From the NCBI GenBank assembly GCA_040003235.1, contig JBDUCW010000005.1, forward strand, positions 1,665 to 65,664: a DNA stretch of 64,000 nucleotides, given 5' to 3'. Under the pieces are notes generated by a model. That model saw nothing but the letters and a program-made list of their open reading frames with translations, ran no database searches and was not told the origin of the DNA. Every line of letters begins with the position of its first letter. The stretch's first letter is position 1. The position numbers were made by a program, and so were the translations under genes. This document shows, piece after piece, positions 39,175 through 48,587 of the stretch. This DNA comes from Ferruginibacter sp. (GTDB taxonomy: Bacteria > Bacteroidota > Bacteroidia > Chitinophagales > Chitinophagaceae).

Positions 39175-41019
39175 TTGCCTGATATCATACAGTTACTGCC
39201 GGATAATATTGCGAACCAGATCGCTGCGGGTGAAGTGATCCAGCGTCCCGCCAGTGCTGTAAAGGAACTGTTGGAAAATGCAGTGGATGCCGGTGCCGAT
39301 GAAATAAAACTCCTCATCAATGATGCCGGGAAAGCCCTGATACAGGTAATCGATAATGGTAAAGGCATGAGCGAAACCGATGCCCGTATGGCTTTTGAAA
39401 GACACGCTACTTCGAAGATCACTTCCATAGATGACCTGTTCCGCATTAAGACCATGGGTTTTCGTGGCGAGGCATTGGCCAGCATTGCCGCAGTAGCACA
39501 GGTAGAACTTAAAACAAAAAAAGATACCGACATCGCCGGAACTTATATTGAGATCGAGAACAGTATCGTTATTAAACAGGAACCTGTTGCCATGGTCAAC
39601 GGCACCAGCATCGCCATGAAAAATCTTTTCTTCAATGTACCGGCAAGAAGAAATTTTTTAAAGAGCAATGCTGCTGAAATGCGGCATGTTATTGATGAAT
39701 TTATCCGCGTGTCAATGGCTTTTCCGCAACTTTTTTTTTCGCTTACTTCAAACGGGCAGGAAGTATTTCATCTTGAAAAAGGATCCTTGAAGCAACGCAT
39801 CATCCAGGTATGCGGTAATAATTATAATACCAAACTGGTAAGCGTGCAGGAACAAACCGATTACCTGAACATTTCCGGATTTGTGGGTAAGCCCGATACC
39901 GCAAAAAAAACAAGGGGCGATCAGTATTTTTTTGTGAACAACCGTTTTATCAAAAGTGCTTACCTCAATCATGCTGTGATGGGTGCATTTGATGAAATGA
40001 TCGCTAAAGACAGTTATCCAATGTATGCTTTGTTCATTGACCTGGATCCTGCGCAGCTTGATATCAATGTTCATCCCACCAAGCAGGAAATTAAATTTGA
40101 AGACGAAAAAATTGTTTACGCATTTGTACAGTCTGCCGTAAAACATGCATTGGCACAATTCAGCATTATGCCTACACTTGATTTTGATCTTGATGCATCG
40201 ATACAAAATCTGGATGCGGTAAGCAAACCTTTTACGGAAGAAAATAAATCTACTGCAGCATCCTCTTCTTTATATCAAACATTCTCTAAAAAAAATCAGG
40301 CGCATTTTATTGAGAGCAGGAGTGAGCTGAAACACTGGAGGGAAGAAAAAGATGACAGTTCTCAGCTGACAGCTGACAGGAAATACAATCCAGAAAATGA
40401 TTTCAATCAAACTGCAGGAAGTCAACATACATTAGCTCACCACCCGCAGTTCGCCACTCACGATTTACTTCAACTGCACAATAGTTATATCGTTGTTCAG
40501 AATGATAAGGGTTACCTGCTCATCCATCAGCAGAATGCGCATGAACGTATTTTATATGAACGTTTTATTGCGGCCCTGGATGGAAAACATATTGCCACAC
40601 AGCGAAGTCTTTTTCCATCAACCATTGAATTAACGCCGGCTGATGCTGTGCTGCTGAATGAATTAATACCTGAAATGCAGCAACTGGGTTATCAGCTGGA
40701 ACCTTTTGGTAGTCATACTTTCGTGATACAGGGAACGCCCGCGGATATGACTGCAGGAAATGAGAAAACGGCCATTGAAAAAATGCTGGAACAATACAAG
40801 CATTACAGCAATGATCTTAAATACAGTAAACGCGAAAAATTAATACGCAGCATGGCATGGCAGCAAAGCATCAAGGCAGGAACTGAACTTGCGCAAAAAG
40901 AAATGAGATCACTGGCAGACGAACTTTTTAATTGCAACATACCTAATATTACTGCCAATGGTAAACCCACTTACCTGGAATTTAAAAAAGATGAGATGGA
41001 CAAGATGTTTGGGAGATAG
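39175..41019 (+). CDS. mutL: DNA mismatch repair protein MutL
   Basis: IAAGEVIQRPASAVKELLENAVDAGA GHKL ATPase N-domain, variable linker, MutL C-terminal dimerisation domain. Apparent TTG start, since stops lie upstream in frame. Confidence 0.93.
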   Translation: MPDIIQLLPDNIANQIAAGEVIQRPASAVKELLENAVDAGADEIKLLINDAGKALIQVIDNGKGMSETDARMAFERHATSKITSIDDLFRIKTMGFRGEALASIAAVAQVELKTKKDTDIAGTYIEIENSIVIKQEPVAMVNGTSIAMKNLFFNVPARRNFLKSNAAEMRHVIDEFIRVSMAFPQLFFSLTSNGQEVFHLEKGSLKQRIIQVCGNNYNTKLVSVQEQTDYLNISGFVGKPDTAKKTRGDQYFFVNNRFIKSAYLNHAVMGAFDEMIAKDSYPMYALFIDLDPAQLDINVHPTKQEIKFEDEKIVYAFVQSAVKHALAQFSIMPTLDFDLDASIQNLDAVSKPFTEENKSTAASSSLYQTFSKKNQAHFIESRSELKHWREEKDDSSQLTADRKYNPENDFNQTAGSQHTLAHHPQFATHDLLQLHNSYIVVQNDKGYLLIHQQNAHERILYERFIAALDGKHIATQRSLFPSTIELTPADAVLLNELIPEMQQLGYQLEPFGSHTFVIQGTPADMTAGNEKTAIEKMLEQYKHYSNDLKYSKREKLIRSMAWQQSIKAGTELAQKEMRSLADELFNCNIPNITANGKPTYLEFKKDEMDKMFGR

Positions 41020-41021
41020 AA

Positions 41022-41085
41022 CGCTGATCTTTATGATTGGATAGATTTGCGCTGATCTTTTTTCTTAATATAAATGCTGATCCTT
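41022..41085. repeat. Word repeat CGCTGATCTTT (x2 exact, plus TGCTGATCCTT)
   Basis: 41022-41032 and 41050-41060 are identical 11-mers. A third, degenerate copy at 41075-41085 forms part of the hairpin below. Confidence 0.7.
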
Positions 41086-41109
41086 AGCATTGAATCAGCA
41101 TTTATATTA
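41066..41109. terminator. Perfect 16-bp hairpin between convergent mutL and DUF1501 genes
   Basis: 41066-41081 pairs perfectly with 41094-41109, with a 12-nt loop. No flanking U-tract on either strand, so terminator function is uncertain. Confidence 0.4.
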
Positions 41110-41147
41110 TCTGCGTAAATCCTTATATCATAAAAATCCGCGGCCCG

Positions 41148-42350
41148 TTAAACGAAGTTTAACTGCTCATACTTTTTACCCAATATCAATTGATCATCTG
41201 CGCCGAGCCATTTATTTAAAACAGTAGCATATACGCTTTTGAAATCCACTTTATATTTCACATCACCTTCATCAAGATTGACAAGATCAGGCATGTCGTT
41301 TAGAATACCTTTCTGTTTCAATCCGCCACCAATAAAAAACATATTACTTCCTTTTCCATGATCAGTTCCACCGCTTGCATTCTGTGTCAGTCTTCTTCCA
41401 AATTCACTGAAGGTCATCATGAGCACGTCTTCAAAACGATTGTTCTTTTTCAGGTCATTGGTAAAAGCCCGGATGGCATCGCTCATTTCAGTGAAGAGAC
41501 GCTTTTGTGTGTTCTCCTGTCCGACATGCGTATCAAAACTGCCAATGCTCACATAATAAACTTTGGTATTGATATCAGATAAAATAAGTGACGAAATCGT
41601 TTTTAAATTTTTGCCCAGTTCGGTATTGGGATAAACTTCAGTTGACGGATGCATTTTACTTTGCTTATAAATATAATCAGCTGAAGAAATTGTTTCGGCC
41701 ATTGTTTTATACAAATAATCTGCAGGACGTTCATGTTCGTACTGATGTTGTTTGGCCAGCGCTTTAAAATACTGCGCCTGCGAAGCATTGAATAAACGTT
41801 GCGGATCTTTTAATGCCAGTCCTTTTATATTATCTCCTTTTAAAGCAAGACTTAAAACGTCATCCAGTTCAAGTGCCTGCGTAGGTTTATCGCAATCCTT
41901 GCATTGAGCATCCAGGTATTTACCCAGCCATCCTGTTGATGAATATTCATTGCTTGCAGAAGCAGTATGCCAGATGTCCATGCTGCGGAAATGGCTGCGG
42001 TCCGGTTCAGGATAACCAACACTGTTCATGATACCGAGTTGTCCCTGGTCAAATAATTCTTTAAAAGAAGAAAGTGCAGGATTGATACCCACTTCATCAT
42101 TCAGCAACAGTGCATTTTCTTTGGTAATGCCGAGCTTAGGCCGTTCACGGTAATAAATATCATTTCTTATGGGGATAACAGTATTGAGCCCATCATTGCC
42201 GCCACTCATCTGCAAAACCACCAATACTTTATTTCCCGGTGGAACCATTTTACCACCGTTACCTTCAAATGCCTTTAAAAATTTCGGCATCATGAAAGAA
42301 GCGCTTGCAAGTGAGCCGATCTGTAAAAATTCTCTGCGTTTGATAACCAT
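41148..42350 (-). CDS. DUF1501 family protein with Tat-type signal (no T9SS CTD)
   Basis: KRREFLQIGSLASASFMM N-terminus. GGNDGLN, GSFDTH, TFSEFGRR and GTDHG blocks shared with 24534-26138. Confidence 0.85.
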   Translation of the reverse strand: MVIKRREFLQIGSLASASFMMPKFLKAFEGNGGKMVPPGNKVLVVLQMSGGNDGLNTVIPIRNDIYYRERPKLGITKENALLLNDEVGINPALSSFKELFDQGQLGIMNSVGYPEPDRSHFRSMDIWHTASASNEYSSTGWLGKYLDAQCKDCDKPTQALELDDVLSLALKGDNIKGLALKDPQRLFNASQAQYFKALAKQHQYEHERPADYLYKTMAETISSADYIYKQSKMHPSTEVYPNTELGKNLKTISSLILSDINTKVYYVSIGSFDTHVGQENTQKRLFTEMSDAIRAFTNDLKKNNRFEDVLMMTFSEFGRRLTQNASGGTDHGKGSNMFFIGGGLKQKGILNDMPDLVNLDEGDVKYKVDFKSVYATVLNKWLGADDQLILGKKYEQLNFV

Positions 42351-42359
42351 GACCTGGAG

Positions 42360-42387
42360 TTATAAGTTGTAAGTAATAAGTTGAAGC
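42360..42387. repeat. Family F word repeat, 28-mer copy 2 (coding strand GCTTCAACTTATTACTTACAACTTATAA)
   Basis: 26/28 identical to 6226-6253. Lies 9 nt upstream of the DUF1501 ATG and 18 nt after the DUF1800 stop. Confidence 0.85.
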
Positions 42388-42405
42388 AACTTCTAAAGAA
42401 GTTTA

Positions 42406-43896
42406 TCAACACAATTGATATTCCGGTGTTGCCATTAATGCAACCGTTACTGATTTAATAAATGTTTCTTTGGATGATGCATCTGCAGCAGCCGATACCG
42501 TATCTTTTTTGATCGATCCGTCCGGCGTTTGCAAAAGAATAGTCGCCATTACATCAACCAGATTTTCCCTCGGAATGTCTTTATACACTTTCATGTATTC
42601 ATCCCAATTGATATCCGCCATGATGCGTTGGGCAGTGTTGCCGGGTGTTTTGTTATTATAAATTTTGTAATCTCTTTTGGCCATTTTATCATCCATCATA
42701 CCCATCTGCTGATCATCATCTGTCTTGGGCGTGATGTTCGCCGTTTCATTATCTTTTAATAATTGCGGCAGGCGTAAACGGAACATGAGCGAAGAGCTGT
42801 CGATCCAGCTGGTGCCCCCCGGCCATCCGGCAACGTTAGGTGGGTAAAAGAGAACCTGTCCTAATACTTTTTGAAACAGTAACTGAACCTGGCTGATCTG
42901 CAGTTCCATCGGAAGAACGCGGCGGATACCGACAATTAATTCTACCGGTGATTTGATTTTACTGCCGATATTTTTTTCTGCGTAGAACCAGTCGCTTGTG
43001 AAAATATCTTTTAATAAAGATTGTATATCGTATTTGCTTGTATAAAAACGGTCGGCGAGCCAATTCACTCTGGCATCATCCACTTCATTTTCATTCACCA
43101 GGAATTTATAAAGTTTACGGGTAATATATTTTGAGGTTTGTTTATTTTCGAGCAGCATATTCAGTACATCGTCACCATCAAAATTTCCGGTCTTGCCAAA
43201 AATGGTTTTACTGCCTTCATCATGTTGTCCTCTTCTGAATACAAATTCACCTTTCAGGTTAAAGCCCCAGCCGGTAAAGGCCCGTGCAGCTTCGCGGATA
43301 TCATTCTCGGTGTAGTTACCACGACCCAATGTAAATAATTCCATCACTTCGCGGGCAAAATTTTCATTGGGATGTTGCTTGCGGTTCTGCTGATTGTTTA
43401 AAAAAGAAAGCATCGAAGCACTTTTACTCACTGCTTTTAAAATGTCACCAAAGTTGGTCAGCGCTTTGGAGCGCATTTCCTGGAGCATCAGCTGCTGATA
43501 AAATATATTGATCTCCCGGCAGGCGAAATGGCCATGCCAGAAGAAAGCCATCTTTTCTCTTAATTGTGATTCACTGTTGATCATTTCAGCCATCCAGCGC
43601 AGGTTCAGGCTCTTCAGATCTTCCTGGCTTTGCTGACGGATAAATTTTCTGTCTTCCGGCGTTAATTTGTCTTTGAGATTTTCCATTCTTACGGCATCGC
43701 CGATTCCCGACACGAGCCCTTTTAAAACATTATTGGCAACGTCGATGTATTCAGGTTCTTTGGCCGATGTCTTTACAAGAGTCTCCCATAATTTTTTTTG
43801 AGAAACAGTATCAAGATCCGCCTGGGCTTCTGCCATCGGACCAAAAGCTGCGCGCCATAAAAGGTGCTGATTCTTTAAACGGTTGGAAACTGCCAT
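42406..43896 (-). CDS. DUF1800 family protein
   Basis: FWHGHFA, NENFAREVMELFTLGRG and TENDIREAARAFTGW blocks. Paralog of 26167-27807. Confidence 0.85.
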   Translation of the reverse strand: MAVSNRLKNQHLLWRAAFGPMAEAQADLDTVSQKKLWETLVKTSAKEPEYIDVANNVLKGLVSGIGDAVRMENLKDKLTPEDRKFIRQQSQEDLKSLNLRWMAEMINSESQLREKMAFFWHGHFACREINIFYQQLMLQEMRSKALTNFGDILKAVSKSASMLSFLNNQQNRKQHPNENFAREVMELFTLGRGNYTENDIREAARAFTGWGFNLKGEFVFRRGQHDEGSKTIFGKTGNFDGDDVLNMLLENKQTSKYITRKLYKFLVNENEVDDARVNWLADRFYTSKYDIQSLLKDIFTSDWFYAEKNIGSKIKSPVELIVGIRRVLPMELQISQVQLLFQKVLGQVLFYPPNVAGWPGGTSWIDSSSLMFRLRLPQLLKDNETANITPKTDDDQQMGMMDDKMAKRDYKIYNNKTPGNTAQRIMADINWDEYMKVYKDIPRENLVDVMATILLQTPDGSIKKDTVSAAADASSKETFIKSVTVALMATPEYQLC

Positions 43897-44177
43897 AACA
43901 GAAATGTAAATTGAGTGATTTAAAAAGACGGCTTAAGACCCGCCATCATTTGCAAGGTTTAATCCATTTTTTGTTAACAGGAATGATTTCCACAATTTAA
44001 TTAAAAGCATTGAAAACAAGTCAGTTGATCAGGACACACGTTATAATATTACAGAGTTTAAACATTTGTTACTGAACAACCATTGGAGAAGAAACCTGAT
44101 GAGCCTTCCCTGATAACATGAAGAGTGCAATAAATAATTAAGCAAAATAAATCGAATGATATACTCATCTGCAGGTT

Positions 44178-44215
44178 AAACTAAATAATTAGTCATTTAA
44201 CTAATTATTTAGTTT
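44178..44215. promoter_or_regulatory. Perfect 16-bp inverted repeat (AAACTAAATAATTAGT-N6-ACTAATTATTTAGTTT) in the leader of the M23-like gene
   Basis: 44178-44193 and 44200-44215 are exact reverse complements. Ends 20 nt before the ATG at 44236. Confidence 0.45.
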
Positions 44216-44235
44216 TATCCGCTTATTTTCGTTGT

Positions 44236-44805
44236 ATGAAGAAAATATTCATCCCCAAAGTAATGGCATTGTTCTTCCTGATGGCGAATACCTTTTTTGC
44301 CAATGCGCAGAAAAAGAAGAACTCCCACTTAAAAAAAATAATTATCCAAAAAGTAAAAAAAATCAGTCCGCTGGATAGTCTGACCAACCTGCTAAAAGGA
44401 AATCTTGTGCTTCCGTTTGAAGGATGTAATATTTCCATGCCATACGGACTTTGCAAAATGGAATCCAATACTATCTATCAGAATCCGGGTATTACTTTCA
44501 GTGCGAAAGCGAGTAAAAAAGTGCGGGCTGCCTGGGATGGCGTTGTATCTAGAATAAGTATTATCGATGACATGTATGTGGTCATCATCCGGTGCGGCCA
44601 ACTTTTTTTTGCTTATGCCAATTTAGAAAAACCGATGGTGGCAGTAAATCAACATTTATCCAAAGGACAATTTATCGGCAATCTGCACCGGGATGATACT
44701 GGATACTTCAGCACCGATTTTTTATTGTCTGCAAAAGATCAGATCAATCCAACCAATTGGTTTGATTGGAATGGATCGAAGAATATGATTATGGCCAGAA
44801 AATAA
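44236..44805 (+). CDS. Degenerate LytM/M23 domain protein (catalytic Zn ligands apparently absent)
   Basis: Signal peptide. M23-like fold pattern (VRAAWDGVV...VVIIRCGQLFFAYANL...GQFIGNL), but the HxxxD and HxH positions read N..T and T-D-F. Confidence 0.55.
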   Translation: MKKIFIPKVMALFFLMANTFFANAQKKKNSHLKKIIIQKVKKISPLDSLTNLLKGNLVLPFEGCNISMPYGLCKMESNTIYQNPGITFSAKASKKVRAAWDGVVSRISIIDDMYVVIIRCGQLFFAYANLEKPMVAVNQHLSKGQFIGNLHRDDTGYFSTDFLLSAKDQINPTNWFDWNGSKNMIMARK

Positions 44806-44923
44806 TGTGCTGATGTGCTGAAAGTTAAAATGAGTCAATAAATTTAAAACATCTAATCCATAAATCCCAAAATCTGACGGATCCCAATTCAGACAACATC
44901 CTAATCAAAATTGTTTTACCAAA

Positions 44924-47290
44924 ATGCTTACAAAAAATTATTTTTTAATACTGCTTTTATTTTTTGTAACTGGTTATGTATTTTCTCAAAATAAAATTAC
45001 CGGTGTTGTACAGAATATTGCACATCAGCCATTACCTTATGTTTCAATCATTGTATCAAATGGACAGCAATTTATACTGGGAACGGGTTCTGATGAAAAA
45101 GGACAGTTTAGTTTTATCATTAATGATTCGGTTAAGGTTTGTCATCTTAAATTTTCATTGATTGGTCATCAGACAACAGAGAAAGATCTTTCTAAAAATG
45201 ATATGGGAACTGTTCAACAGGTTATTCTGATCAAGGATAAAAATACAATGCGGGCTGTGATGGTTGTTTCAAAAAAACCACTGATTGTAAGAAAGTCTGA
45301 CCGGTATGTGATCAATGTTGAAAATAGTTTTTTGGCCAATGGAAATTCGGGGCTGGATGTGTTGCAGAAAGCACCAGGCATCTGGGTTGACAACAATGGA
45401 AGCATCCGCATCAAAGGTAATCAGCCGGTGATGGTGATGATCAATGATGTGGTACAACGCATGTCGGAAGAAGATCTGGCCGATTACCTGCGCAGTCTTA
45501 AATCAGAAGACATTGCTAAAATTGAAGTGATACAGAATCCACCTGCCGAATATGAAGCAGCGGGAAGTGGCGGTATCATTCATATCATCCTGAAAAAAGC
45601 AAGACAGAACGGTTTGAATGTCGCATTTAATGCTGCGTACCGTCAACAGGGAACAAAACATTTTACCAATACAGGCGCTGTTATCAATTACAAAATCAAT
45701 AATTATTATTTTACCGCCGGATATACTTTTATCAATGACCGGGTAAATTATTATGAAGATGCTTCCATTTTTTATCCCGGGAAAGAATTGTATGAGAATC
45801 ATACCGACAGAAGTGATCATGCGGTTAGAAATCAATATCGGCTGGGCATTTCGCGTGATATCGGTAAAAACCAATCCTTAGGATTACTCACCAGTATTAC
45901 CCGCAATGACATGCACCAGTTGTATCATACTGTTTCAGATGATCAGCAGATCAGCCGGTTAATTACCGGCGATGCCAATACTAAAAAAACACGAACACTG
46001 GATTTCAGCGGAACTACTTTTAATTACAACTGGAAAATTGATACGCTTGGTTCAATGCTGAAAGTCATTGCCGATTACAGCAGCAATAATAAAGAAGAAA
46101 ACGACGGGTACAATGCTGCATTCAGTGATACTTTGCAGAATTCAGTATACAGAAATTCATTGCCCAACAATATAAAAATATTTACCATGCAGTCAGATTT
46201 TATCAAAGCACTGAAATCGAAATTTGAGATCAGGTCTGGAATTAAATATGCATCTATTAACCGCGACAATACTGTTTTGAAAGAAGATTTGCTGAATAGT
46301 GCCTGGGCGGTTAACACAGCTGGCAGCAATCAATTTATTTATAAAGAAAATTTACTGATGGCTTATGCTTCTGTTGAAAAAATAATTAAAAAAACGACTA
46401 TCAAAGCAGGCTTGCGGGCAGAAGAAACATTCTCAAAAGGAAATGTAATTACCAGCAACCAGGTATTCAATAAAAATTATGTTGGCTTATTTCCTTCTGT
46501 TTTTATCATGCATAATCTGAATGAAGAAAAAGGCAGCGCCATATATTTAAATTATTCAAAAAGACAACAGCGGCCGGGTCTGAGCGATCTGAATCCTTAC
46601 CGCATTGAATATAATAATTATACTGCGACCACCGGGAATCCTTCACTATTGCCGCAATACAGTCACAATATTGAATTGGGATATCAATTCTTGAAAGATA
46701 AACAGGTCAGTGTTTATATCACTCAAACAAAAAATATTATTTCACTGATCGCCAATGCAGGAAATAATAATTTTATTGAATACAGTTCTTTAAATCTGAA
46801 TAAGAGTTTTCAATACGGTGGATCGATCAGTGCGCCTGTTAAAATAAATAATTGCTGGACTATCAACAGCAGCGTTGAATACTTCCGTTTGACTTACCGC
46901 ATTGCTGACGAAAACGTGGACACGAAGGTTTTATCGGCCAAAAGTATTCATACATTCAGCATAAAGAATATTGCGGATATTGATGTGGACGCGGAATACA
47001 GTTCTGCCAGAACTTATGCCAATTACAGGTCGCCTTATAGTTTTTCTTTGAATGCGGGTGTTTCAATAAAAATATTCAGAGGGTCGAGGCTGCAGTTATA
47101 TTGCGCAGATATTTTTAATGGCATCCGCGAAAAAGAACTGACTGATATTAATAACACGCATATCGACTTCTTACGCAAACGGCCTACGCAATCATTCACA
47201 TTATCTTTTGCATATAATTTCAGTTCAGGAAAAAAATTTAATAGTAAGAAGATAGAGCAGGGAAGTGAGGAGAAGAACAGGAGTAATTAA
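44924..47290 (+). CDS. TonB-dependent receptor-like outer-membrane beta-barrel protein
   Basis: Signal peptide. CarboxypepD_reg-like N-domain (KITGVVQN...GQFSF). Plug motif (DVLQKAPGIWVDNNGSIRIKGN). Long beta-barrel. 788 aa. Confidence 0.8.
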   Translation: MLTKNYFLILLLFFVTGYVFSQNKITGVVQNIAHQPLPYVSIIVSNGQQFILGTGSDEKGQFSFIINDSVKVCHLKFSLIGHQTTEKDLSKNDMGTVQQVILIKDKNTMRAVMVVSKKPLIVRKSDRYVINVENSFLANGNSGLDVLQKAPGIWVDNNGSIRIKGNQPVMVMINDVVQRMSEEDLADYLRSLKSEDIAKIEVIQNPPAEYEAAGSGGIIHIILKKARQNGLNVAFNAAYRQQGTKHFTNTGAVINYKINNYYFTAGYTFINDRVNYYEDASIFYPGKELYENHTDRSDHAVRNQYRLGISRDIGKNQSLGLLTSITRNDMHQLYHTVSDDQQISRLITGDANTKKTRTLDFSGTTFNYNWKIDTLGSMLKVIADYSSNNKEENDGYNAAFSDTLQNSVYRNSLPNNIKIFTMQSDFIKALKSKFEIRSGIKYASINRDNTVLKEDLLNSAWAVNTAGSNQFIYKENLLMAYASVEKIIKKTTIKAGLRAEETFSKGNVITSNQVFNKNYVGLFPSVFIMHNLNEEKGSAIYLNYSKRQQRPGLSDLNPYRIEYNNYTATTGNPSLLPQYSHNIELGYQFLKDKQVSVYITQTKNIISLIANAGNNNFIEYSSLNLNKSFQYGGSISAPVKINNCWTINSSVEYFRLTYRIADENVDTKVLSAKSIHTFSIKNIADIDVDAEYSSARTYANYRSPYSFSLNAGVSIKIFRGSRLQLYCADIFNGIREKELTDINNTHIDFLRKRPTQSFTLSFAYNFSSGKKFNSKKIEQGSEEKNRSN

Positions 47291-47453
47291 CTAAGAGGTT
47301 AAAGGAGGGAATGAGGTTTAAGAAAACAGAGTTGGTATTGTTGACAAGTTTAATAACAGAAATAAAATTTCACATTTAAAACCATTATCAATTTATCAAT
47401 GTCATTATCAATCTTGCTTTTCCCTCTTTTTCTCTTTTATCCTCTTAGCCCTC
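47291..47453. repeat. Inverted-repeat element filling the TBDR-MFS gap and overlapping the MFS stop codon
   Basis: CTAAGAGGTTAAAGGAG (47291-) versus the reverse complement of CTCTTTTATCCTCTTAG (ending 47448), about 15/17 matching. The spacer carries 3 x (C)ATTATCAAT words (47383-47412). Confidence 0.65.
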
Positions 47454-48524
47454 CAATGGTGTAAATCCTCTTACCATATTGGTGATGGAAATAGCCGCTG
47501 ATGCCCTGAGATTGGTACCGAACTGTTCTGCCGAAGTAGTAATGTACAAAACGGAAATACCTGCACCAAAACCCAACCCCCCGCAAATGAAATACATATA
47601 AGCCGTGCTGCTGTTGTGCTGCGTAAAATATAAAACGATGAATACACAAAGGATCGCATAAAAAATATAGAGTGCTTTCTTCCGGCTTTTAAGTGAATTA
47701 CTTAAAATGCCTGCGCAGAGATCGCCCAGACCAAGACCAATATATTGATACATCACTGCATCTCCCGGATTGATATTGGCAATGCCCATTGCTTTGGCAA
47801 ACTGGTCGGAGAAAAAAATAAGAATGCCGATCACATACCAAACAGGTAAGCCGATCAGTATTCCACGCATATACCTGCTGAACCTGCTCCAACTTGTGAA
47901 GAACATTAAAAAATTTCCTTTGCTGACATTGGTTTCTTGTAAATCTTTATACATGCCGCTTTCTGAAACAGAAATACGCAGCAGCAATAAAATAAATCCA
48001 ATTCCTCCGCCGATATAATACAAAATGCGCCAGTCCTGCAGAATTTTATATAACAAAGCCGCTGTTACAGAACCCATGACACCTGTAACTGCTATCACGG
48101 TAGCTGCCAATCCTCTTTTTTCTTTTGGAAGAATTTCACTGACCAATGTAATACCGGCACCGAGTTCACCGGCAAGTCCGATGCCTGCGATAAAACGTAC
48201 CACAATATATTGAGGAACCGTATGCACAAAACCATTGGCAACAGTTGCCACCGCATATAAAAGTATAGATCCGAACAACACTTTCAATCTTCCTTTTTTA
48301 TCACCCAAAATCCCCCAGAGAATGCCGCCAATAACTAGCCCGATCATTTGAATATTCACCAGGAGTTCACCCTGTGAAAGAACGGCTTCCTCAGAAAGTC
48401 CAAGATCACGCAGACTTGGTTTGCGAACAATACCGAATAATAGAAGATCGAATACATCTACAAAAAATCCAAGTGCCGCCACGATTACAGGAAGAGAAAG
48501 CAGGCCGTATTCTTTTTTGTTCAT
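47445..48524 (-). CDS. MFS transporter, probably C-terminally truncated
   Basis: MFS signature (GDKKGRLKV between TM2 and TM3). Only about 10 complete TM helices. The ORF ends (..ITNMVRGFTPLEG*) at the start of what should be TM11. Confidence 0.75.
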   Translation of the reverse strand: MNKKEYGLLSLPVIVAALGFFVDVFDLLLFGIVRKPSLRDLGLSEEAVLSQGELLVNIQMIGLVIGGILWGILGDKKGRLKVLFGSILLYAVATVANGFVHTVPQYIVVRFIAGIGLAGELGAGITLVSEILPKEKRGLAATVIAVTGVMGSVTAALLYKILQDWRILYYIGGGIGFILLLLRISVSESGMYKDLQETNVSKGNFLMFFTSWSRFSRYMRGILIGLPVWYVIGILIFFSDQFAKAMGIANINPGDAVMYQYIGLGLGDLCAGILSNSLKSRKKALYIFYAILCVFIVLYFTQHNSSTAYMYFICGGLGFGAGISVLYITTSAEQFGTNLRASAAISITNMVRGFTPLEG

Positions 48525-48551
48525 CGAATAAAAATAAGTAATAAATTATAC

Positions 48552-48586
48552 GTTTTACGTAATACGTACAACGTATAACGTAAAAC
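48552..48586 (-). terminator. Family F hairpin directly after the mfd stop codon
   Basis: GTTTTACGTAATACG / CGTATAACGTAAAAC: 15-bp stem with one mismatch and a 5-nt loop. On the minus strand it is followed by the T-rich TATAATTTATTACTTATTTTT. Confidence 0.55.
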
Positions 48587-48587
48587 T

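Noticed and set aside
38906-39533. Two minus-strand ORFs (38906-39148 and 39111-39533).
   Set aside because: The first is antisense to the decayed XRE paralog, and the second is antisense to the conserved MutL ATPase domain. Neither has motifs.
40348-40380. The MutL linker coding sequence AAAGATGACAGTTCTCAGCTGACAGCTGACAGG resembles the family D word (AGATGACAGTT) and contains a GCTGACA tandem. I considered it as a repeat element exapted into coding sequence.
   Set aside because: Only an 11-mer is shared, which is common by chance at this window size. The MutL linker is naturally variable and low-complexity.
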